From IMG/VR virus record IMGVR_UViG_3300033072_001097, positions 1 through 64,000 of that record: a stretch of DNA of 64,000 nucleotides; one strand, written 5' to 3'. This stretch comes from a virus (lineage: Duplodnaviria > Caudoviricetes). Below the pieces are notes generated by a model, which was not told the DNA's origin, ran no database searches, and saw nothing but the letters and a program-made list of their open reading frames with translations. Of the stretch, positions 57,755 to 64,000 are shown piece by piece; position 1 is the stretch's first letter; each line of letters begins with the position of its first letter. The position numbers and the translations under genes were made by a program.

Positions 57755-58268
57755 AAATTCTGTCTTACCGGCTTGGATCTCTGATAATATACCGCAAGAA
57801 TTGGTTGAATCTACCGTTTTTAGATTCACTGTCAAATTACAGGCTATTGATCCATCTACATATAAGAATCGGGTTATACTGGTAGATATCTTACCAGATT
57901 TGGATTTGGATTATGATTTATTAGAAGAGGAAGTCCAGACTCTACCGGCGAAATATGCATTTTGGGCTGCCGTCTACTCAGAAGCGCGTAATATGGTGGC
58001 GGTGGCCGAACGGGCTGTGAAGGTTCGCCGCGCCGAAGCAATAAAAGCCGTTCAGCGGCAAGCGCAAGCCGATAAGGTTAAGTTTACGGCGGAACAAGTT
58101 AAACAATTAGTGGAAGCTGATGCTTTGCTGGTGCAGGCAGATCGGAAATTAGCAGAATTCCAAATGAAGGCTGGTAAGTTGTTTCACATGTTGGAAGCTT
58201 TGAAAATGAAGGCTGAGTTGTCCCGATCTCTTGCCGGTTTCAAGCGTCAAGAGCAGGACAAGAGTTAA
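57738..58268 (+). CDS. UvsY-like recombination mediator
   Basis: Helical; LEEEVQTLPAKYAFW...ALKMK pattern; sits directly upstream of the SSB. Confidence 0.55.
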   Translation: MNKIPENSVLPAWISDNIPQELVESTVFRFTVKLQAIDPSTYKNRVILVDILPDLDLDYDLLEEEVQTLPAKYAFWAAVYSEARNMVAVAERAVKVRRAEAIKAVQRQAQADKVKFTAEQVKQLVEADALLVQADRKLAEFQMKAGKLFHMLEALKMKAELSRSLAGFKRQEQDKS

Positions 58269-58300
58269 TTAGTGGTGTTTCATAGTTTGGGAGTTTGTTT

Positions 58301-59410
58301 ATGACATACGATGTTGAATCAATTCGGAAGAGACTGAAGCAGTCGATGGGCGGGAAGTTCACCGACCCGGATCAATTCCATCCAGACAGTGCCAAGTCGG
58401 CGACAGACCCGATCAAGTATCGATTTTTTGTTTTGCCACCGCTAATGGAAGGCGACGAACTCAAGACCGGTGTTGTCAAAAAGTCCATGGACCAATTTTT
58501 TGTCCAGCACGCTAACCATTGGGTTAATAATCGCCCAACACCATGTCCACGTGCTTGGGATAATAGTGATTGTCCTATTTGCAGCGCTGGTTTCGATCTG
58601 CTCCGCGACGAGAAGAACGACGAAAAACGTCGGTTTATTGTGAAGACGTGGATGCCGACGACCTATTATATGGTCAATATTTTCTTCCCGAAGTGGGAAG
58701 GCAATCCCGAAGAATTACGTGGGTGTGTGAAATTCTATAACGCCCCCAAGACATGCTTCGACCAATGGACTGCCGCTCTGCTTCGGGACGATAAAGGTGA
58801 CGACCAAGAGCCTCAGGCTCATGGTGTTTTCTTTGATGAGAATGCAGCGTTCTTGTTCCAATTGGAAGTGCTGAAGCAAGGAAAGCAGAACAGCTACAAG
58901 ACGAGCAAGTTCGTCACGCCCGATGGCAATCCGATTCCGATGATTGGTAAGCGCGGAGAGCCCAATACTGCCCAGATCGAGAAGTTGTTGAAGGCACGTC
59001 ACAACTTATGGGAAAAGATTGAAGTTCCCGATATGGAGAAAGTCCAACGGGTGTATCGAACCATGTTGGATGGTGATGACGACGACGATCGCAATGGTGG
59101 ATTTGACGACGACGAGACGGCTGATAAGCCGGTCAGTGAGTCTAAGAAAGAATCCAAGCCGACAACGAAGTCAGAGCCGAAGGCCAAATCGGAGCCGAAA
59201 CCCGAGCAGAAGAAGGCCACCAAGAAGCCAGAACCAGATTTGGAGCTGGAAGACGATGGCTTAGCAGACGATGAAATTCCGGATAAGAAACCAGTTTCGG
59301 AAAGCGAAGATTTTGACGCCCCGTTTGGTGATGACGATGATGATGACAACAAGTCAGTCAATTCATCGGAAATTGACGCATTGTTGAACCAACTCGAAGA
59401 CGACGATTAA
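58301..59410 (+). CDS. T4 gp32-like single-stranded DNA-binding protein
   Basis: RFFVLPP, HW...CPR....CPIC, YYMVNI, SYKTSKF, very acidic tail. Confidence 0.8.
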   Translation: MTYDVESIRKRLKQSMGGKFTDPDQFHPDSAKSATDPIKYRFFVLPPLMEGDELKTGVVKKSMDQFFVQHANHWVNNRPTPCPRAWDNSDCPICSAGFDLLRDEKNDEKRRFIVKTWMPTTYYMVNIFFPKWEGNPEELRGCVKFYNAPKTCFDQWTAALLRDDKGDDQEPQAHGVFFDENAAFLFQLEVLKQGKQNSYKTSKFVTPDGNPIPMIGKRGEPNTAQIEKLLKARHNLWEKIEVPDMEKVQRVYRTMLDGDDDDDRNGGFDDDETADKPVSESKKESKPTTKSEPKAKSEPKPEQKKATKKPEPDLELEDDGLADDEIPDKKPVSESEDFDAPFGDDDDDDNKSVNSSEIDALLNQLEDDD

Positions 59411-59424
59411 AGAATGACTGGCGA

Positions 59425-59483
59425 GGCGGAGAGACTCCCCGTGTTGATCCTTATGGGATTGATGCTGGTGTGTTCTCTCCGCC
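59425..59483 (+). promoter_or_regulatory. Long intergenic hairpin
   Basis: GGCGGAGAGA 59425-59434 pairs with TCTCTCCGCC 59474-59483; inner stem present. Confidence 0.5.
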
Positions 59484-59492
59484 ATATTTTAT

Positions 59493-60332
59493 ATGTCTCA
59501 ACCTGCACTACTCATCGACGCACGAAACGCATTGTATCGTGCTATCTATGCGGTCAAAGCTGATCGCCGCCATCAGGTAAAATACCACTATTTTGTGGTG
59601 TTTTTACGGCAATTAACCAACTGGATGAATAAATATCGTCCTAGCTCTGTTCACGTCTTCTGGGACGCACCTCGCTCTACCGTTTGGCGGCGAATGCTGT
59701 TGGAGGGATATAAAGACCGCTCTACTAGCACATATGTTGAGGATATCTCTGAAGATTTAGCACGAACCACGCAAGTTGCCAAAGCTTTCTTCAAAGTAAT
59801 GAATGTCCGCCAATATGAGCGGCAGCAGATGGAAGCAGATGATTTGATTTATGCTGCTACTGTGAATTTACATCCACAGCCATCGGTAATTGTGTCTACC
59901 GATTCTGATATGATCCAAATTCCATTTACATTTTCGAGTTCCAGGGTCTACGACCCGAAGAAACAAGAAGAGGTACCGATACCAGAATATAATCCTGTTT
60001 TACAAAAAGCATTAATCGGTGATAAAGCAGACTCTATCAGTGGATATTATGGTATTGGCCCGGTGAAGAGTTCTGCATTGTTAGCCGATCTACCTACGCT
60101 ATATCGATTCTTTGATACTAATGGTCGGAAAGTGTTTCAGAGGAATCTCTTGCTCATTGACTTATCACTCTGTCCGCGAGTATTTTCGAATAGATTATAT
60201 ATTCATAAAGTGATGGCTAGGGAAGTCAAATTTGATAAGGTTGAGATCGTTCAGCTAATCAATAAATATAAGGTGGTCGGATTACAAAGTGAATTTACTG
60301 ATCTGATTACTCCGTTCATAAATCTACAGTAG
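59493..60332 (+). CDS. 5'-3' exonuclease/flap endonuclease (T4 RNase H-like)
   Basis: LLIDA, FWD, YKDR, EADDLI, STDSD, GDKADSISG..GIGP. Confidence 0.9.
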   Translation: MSQPALLIDARNALYRAIYAVKADRRHQVKYHYFVVFLRQLTNWMNKYRPSSVHVFWDAPRSTVWRRMLLEGYKDRSTSTYVEDISEDLARTTQVAKAFFKVMNVRQYERQQMEADDLIYAATVNLHPQPSVIVSTDSDMIQIPFTFSSSRVYDPKKQEEVPIPEYNPVLQKALIGDKADSISGYYGIGPVKSSALLADLPTLYRFFDTNGRKVFQRNLLLIDLSLCPRVFSNRLYIHKVMAREVKFDKVEIVQLINKYKVVGLQSEFTDLITPFINLQ

Positions 60333-60359
60333 TCAAAAATATAATCAGGGAGAATTTCC

Positions 60360-60638
60360 ATGGCGATTAGTATACATGTTGCTCGGGTAGCATTCTTGAA
60401 AGTCAATGCGGTTGGAACAGTTGTTTCCAAGGATGATTCCGCGACCGCTATCTCATCCCACCTGTCAGGTTCCCACGAACACCGAGTATTGGCTGACGCT
60501 GCTCTCCCTCACACAGCCAATAATCCCGCCGTCAAACAATATCTAGAGTTGGAAGCCGCCGACGATTTTGTTCTCAATTACATGGATCAAAACACCATCA
60601 TCACCTATAAGAGAACTGCGGCTGGCGGATTCGCATAG
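60360..60638 (+). CDS. Hypothetical protein
   Basis: GGGAG RBS. Confidence 0.6.
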   Translation: MAISIHVARVAFLKVNAVGTVVSKDDSATAISSHLSGSHEHRVLADAALPHTANNPAVKQYLELEAADDFVLNYMDQNTIITYKRTAAGGFA

Positions 60639-60827
60639 CGAATTGTATGGTAAATATAAAGGCATTACTCGTCAAAAGGGTGATGATACTTAGCCATCGA
60701 CGTGGCCGAGAAATGACTATAGACAATGTCTTACAGCGGGCGTACCATCTATCCGATTTTCTTGCCGACCAAGGTGCTAAATCGGATATTATATCTACCT
60801 TGGAACTCATGATCGAGTTGCTGGACA

Positions 60828-61496
60828 ATGGAACTGACGAGCGAACAAAGAGAAAAATTTTCTAAAGTAGGCAAATCCAACGTCCACACCGCTAAGTGCC
60901 ATGAGCGCCGAGTAGCCAAACTACTCACCGACTGGTCCGGTAAACAATTTCGTCGTCGTCGAGTAGAAGGTCGCGGAGACGATGTGCGAGTAGTCGAAGG
61001 CGTAGCTGATGTTATACCGGTAGAGGGCGATATTATCTTCGCCATCGAAGCGAAAAAGGGCAAAGACTTTAGTATTGATGGTCTCATGCTCAATCCAGCT
61101 GGTGCCCGATTTACCGAATGGTGGCATCAAGCCTCTTATGACGCTAAACTATTGACTGAGAAGACTGATATTCAACGTTATCCTATGGTATTCTTTAAAC
61201 CACACCCGAATTGGGATTGGGTGGCAGTACCATTCGAATTATTTCAACAAAATATATTGCAACCACGAGATATTCTATCAATTCCGCCTATTCCGGATAG
61301 ACGTAAAAAATCAGAAGTATGGTTTCCACACATTCATTTCGACGCTTATGCTTGGTTGGGGAAGGTTGAACATAATGTGTCGAAATCAAAACGCAACAAA
61401 GTTATGGTCGCCTTAGATCTGCAACCAGTTGTGTTTTGCCGGTGGCGTGATTTTGAGGAATTCGTCGATCCGGAATCAATATTTATACAAATCTAA
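60828..61496 (+). CDS. PD-(D/E)xK nuclease, Holliday junction resolvase-like
   Basis: ERRVAKLL..W...FRR, VADVI, FAIEAK, WWHQA. Confidence 0.7.
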   Translation: MELTSEQREKFSKVGKSNVHTAKCHERRVAKLLTDWSGKQFRRRRVEGRGDDVRVVEGVADVIPVEGDIIFAIEAKKGKDFSIDGLMLNPAGARFTEWWHQASYDAKLLTEKTDIQRYPMVFFKPHPNWDWVAVPFELFQQNILQPRDILSIPPIPDRRKKSEVWFPHIHFDAYAWLGKVEHNVSKSKRNKVMVALDLQPVVFCRWRDFEEFVDPESIFIQI

Positions 61497-61510
61497 TGTA
61501 GGGATTTATT

Positions 61511-61678
61511 ATGGGTTGTGGTGGTTGCTCCAAAAGTAATGGCCCATTGCGGGTTCTGAAGCATAACTCCGGCAGCCCTAAAATAACTAGGCCAAGTGGC
61601 GTAACTATTGCAGCCAAACGGAAATTGTTTGGCCAAAGTATTGCCACCAGGCCAGCCAACAATGATAATAGGGTGTAA
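61511..61678 (+). CDS. Small basic protein starting MGCGGC (55 aa)
   Basis: Translated by hand; below the track cutoff. Confidence 0.5.
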   Translation: MGCGGCSKSNGPLRVLKHNSGSPKITRPSGVTIAAKRKLFGQSIATRPANNDNRV

Positions 61679-61680
61679 CC

Positions 61681-61932
61681 ATGGGTTGTTGTGGTGGTAG
61701 CCCGCGCAATATTCGTAAGCAATCCGTTGCAACTAAACCAACTGCTAAAAAAACAGTTGTGCAACGTGTTCCTCGTTCTGGCGGGCGTACTCAAAAACTA
61801 GAAGTCAATAGACAATATGTAGTTCCACGTCAGACGTGCCCTAAATGCGGCTATCCGACAATGTTGGTAAATATTGCTAACCGAGAACGAAACCAATGTT
61901 CTAATGCTAATTGTCGACACATTCTACAATGA
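61681..61932 (+). CDS. Small basic Zn-ribbon protein starting MGCCGG
   Basis: CPKC...CSNANC. Confidence 0.6.
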   Translation: MGCCGGSPRNIRKQSVATKPTAKKTVVQRVPRSGGRTQKLEVNRQYVVPRQTCPKCGYPTMLVNIANRERNQCSNANCRHILQ

Positions 61933-62399
61933 TTCTGACGATACTGACAATATTACTGTTAATCATTGCCGTTGAAGCCACCACTGAAATAATAACTTCT
62001 TCTAAACTAGTAAGTCCCCTACAAACAAAATGGCGTGAATGGACATACCCTATAGATCGACCGCCTCCTACTGGGATTGTTCAGGCGGTACGAGTTTTCA
62101 TCGATAATCTGTGGAATTGTGGTTATTGTGCTAGCGTGTGGGTTGCCGCTTTCTATAGTGCTTTCGCACCAATCATCATTCAAGAGTACTTTATAAATTG
62201 GTTGGTGTTTGTTTTTGTGTTGCATAGATTATCTAATTGGATGCATGTTATATATGAATTGATGAAGCGTGGACGGGTCAATTCATTAGATATATTATTA
62301 CGAGTTACGGAGGATTGTGATGGAACAATTGGACAAAGCGTTGGCGAGGCAACAACAGAGGTTACAACCGAGCATTTTGAATCCGGTGGAAGTGCGTAA
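61929..62399 (+). CDS. Membrane protein (DUF1360-like)
   Basis: TM helices; LWNCGYCASVWVA. Confidence 0.6.
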   Translation: MILTILTILLLIIAVEATTEIITSSKLVSPLQTKWREWTYPIDRPPPTGIVQAVRVFIDNLWNCGYCASVWVAAFYSAFAPIIIQEYFINWLVFVFVLHRLSNWMHVIYELMKRGRVNSLDILLRVTEDCDGTIGQSVGEATTEVTTEHFESGGSA

Positions 62400-62829
62400 T
62401 CTAGAAGATATCAAACGGTTGGTATCGCAACTAGATCCAGCTCGAAACCCCCGCCAACAAGAAGTATCGGTTGGAGCAATAGTATCCGCACAGGACGAAA
62501 CAACTGGTGCGGAACAACGTTTCCAAGTCTCTGCCCCAACCCGTTCTAAAAGCAAAAGAGATATGCTTATAGAAGGGTTGGATATTATCAAGAATCGATT
62601 GGAGTCAGAAAACCGCTTATCCGATACTGCAGCCATCGAGGTGAATGGCAAATTAATGAAGCCAGCTGCCGTCGGTACTGGTAGTTTGGGAAAGACTTGG
62701 GTAGACCCATTGATACTGCAGTGGCTTGGTGGGTACAGGGATGGTATATACATCTGTTGGCAATTAAACGATGGTTTTGTCTACAGATATAATATTTATG
62801 AGCACAAACTTACCAGAGTCGAGGGTTAA
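62320..62829 (+). CDS. Hypothetical protein
   Basis: GGAGG RBS. Confidence 0.6.
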   Translation: MEQLDKALARQQQRLQPSILNPVEVRNLEDIKRLVSQLDPARNPRQQEVSVGAIVSAQDETTGAEQRFQVSAPTRSKSKRDMLIEGLDIIKNRLESENRLSDTAAIEVNGKLMKPAAVGTGSLGKTWVDPLILQWLGGYRDGIYICWQLNDGFVYRYNIYEHKLTRVEG

Positions 62830-62842
62830 CAACCAGACAGCT

Positions 62843-63142
62843 ATGCCGCCTTTGGCGCAGTATCGATCACGGAATGAGTACAAGCCAAATTACGGTGACT
62901 ACTTTGTATGGTCCAGATGGTTTTCCACTTGGCACGGCCTGATTGTCAATTATGATAAGACGACAGACGAGTTGTATATCATAATGGCTGGACTACCGTT
63001 TTTGCTTTTCACCATGCCAGATTCCGATTACGAAAAAGAAACTGTCAGAATAAAATTATCTGACATAAAACGAGCACCAAATGGCAAATACGCGATTCAG
63101 CACCACGACCAAACCCAAAACGCAGTTATCTGGTACATCTAA
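62843..63142 (+). CDS. Hypothetical protein
   Basis: ORF in operon; probable start MPPLAQY. Confidence 0.55.
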   Translation: MPPLAQYRSRNEYKPNYGDYFVWSRWFSTWHGLIVNYDKTTDELYIIMAGLPFLLFTMPDSDYEKETVRIKLSDIKRAPNGKYAIQHHDQTQNAVIWYI

Positions 63143-63716
63143 TCCCTTACCAGAACTATTAAAATATCCAACTCTCCTACCATTGGCTACTACGCCAAGT
63201 ATCGAAAATATTTTCTGTTATATAATCAAGCATTACGGCCATGATGGTTTATCTGTGCTTATTTATAGACAGCCTAAGAACGACCAAGTCGTCGTGATCT
63301 GTGGTGATTGGAAGGGTAATAAGATTGATGTCGTTGCAACTGAGCCGACAGAATTAACACGACTTGCCAACAAATTTGTCACGCAAGACGTGATGTTGTT
63401 TTACGAAACTATGCGTCTGATAAAAATAGAACAAGCACAATTCTTTTTTGCGGTTGTCGATGCGGAACTCGTGCTAGTAGATGTACAAATATCGTTGAAT
63501 AAAATGGCTTCCCCAGGTATGGTGAACGATATCTTTGGCAAAATTTATCCGAGCCAACAAATTGTTAAAACAGAGATATTAGACGAGCGGGCCATGGAAT
63601 TCATCTTGAAAGGTAGGGGTACGTACGTTGGAGATTTGATTTTTAAGCCAAGCAGATTCAGATTGTTTGAATCTGCTGGACATTATCAACCATTATACGC
63701 AGAACTTGTGAGATAA
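63081..63716 (+). CDS. Hypothetical protein
   Basis: ORF in operon. Confidence 0.6.
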   Translation: MANTRFSTTTKPKTQLSGTSNPLPELLKYPTLLPLATTPSIENIFCYIIKHYGHDGLSVLIYRQPKNDQVVVICGDWKGNKIDVVATEPTELTRLANKFVTQDVMLFYETMRLIKIEQAQFFFAVVDAELVLVDVQISLNKMASPGMVNDIFGKIYPSQQIVKTEILDERAMEFILKGRGTYVGDLIFKPSRFRLFESAGHYQPLYAELVR

Positions 63717-63718
63717 TC

Positions 63719-64000
63719 ATGCCTGAATATATCAACCCAAATTCATATTCAGTGCATTTGGTGGGTCCTAATAACGAGCAAATTCGTGTAAAAGCTGGTC
63801 AGAGAGTGATCCTCGACGAGTACTATGATAAATATCGAACGCGTGGATACCTGCGAAGAATTAATGAAGTAAAGGCGGCTAAACAAGCCCAAACACAGAC
63901 AACCCCTAGATCTGCTAAACAAGTACCAAGTCGCCAAATACGCAGTAAATTGCAACTCACAAAACCAAAGCAAACACAACAAACGTTACCCAAACCAGCG
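63719..64000 (+). CDS. Partial gene (runs off the window end)
   Basis: Translated by hand: MPEYINPNSYSVHLVGPNNEQIRVKAGQRVILDEYYDKY... Confidence 0.6.
   Translation, partial: MPEYINPNSYSVHLVGPNNEQIRVKAGQRVILDEYYDKYRTRGYLRRINEVKAAKQAQTQTTPRSAKQVPSRQIRSKLQLTKPKQTQQTLPKPA

Noticed and set aside
1135-63982. Many antisense or overlapping ORFs in the track
   Set aside because: They lie opposite or within well-supported genes and lack motifs or RBSs.
1-64000. Genome-wide stop-codon recoding
   Set aside because: Long conserved genes are intact in code 11, and TAG and TGA end genes right before the next start.

Overview
This 64 kb window looks like part of a large (jumbo-type) dsDNA bacteriophage genome. 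It is gene-dense, uses the standard code, and shows no rRNA, CRISPR array or IS element. (1) It has a T4-like replication/recombination set built partly from bacterial-type enzymes: SbcD/gp47 and SbcC/gp46, a DinG/Rad3 helicase, a DnaE split into two genes without inteins, family-4 UDG, RecA, a DnaB/gp41 helicase, a divergent PolA domain, and UvsY-like, gp32-like SSB, 5'-3' exonuclease and resolvase-like genes. (2) It has two divergent sigma-factor-like genes, GroES and a volactin-like actin. (3) It has many glycosyltransferases and SAM methyltransferases, among which sit two paralogous cassettes of radical SAM/SPASM enzyme + Cys-containing small peptide + PaaK-like ligase (RiPP-like). (4) It has an array of small ORFs joined by a repeated junction motif. 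(5) It has several structured non-coding loci. The clearest is an ~380-nt RNA with two tandem circularly permuted tRNA-like modules directly after a conserved uncharacterised gene (50066-51200); another is an ~700-nt hairpin-dense region (24076-24795). All family assignments come from motif recognition by eye; no database search was run.
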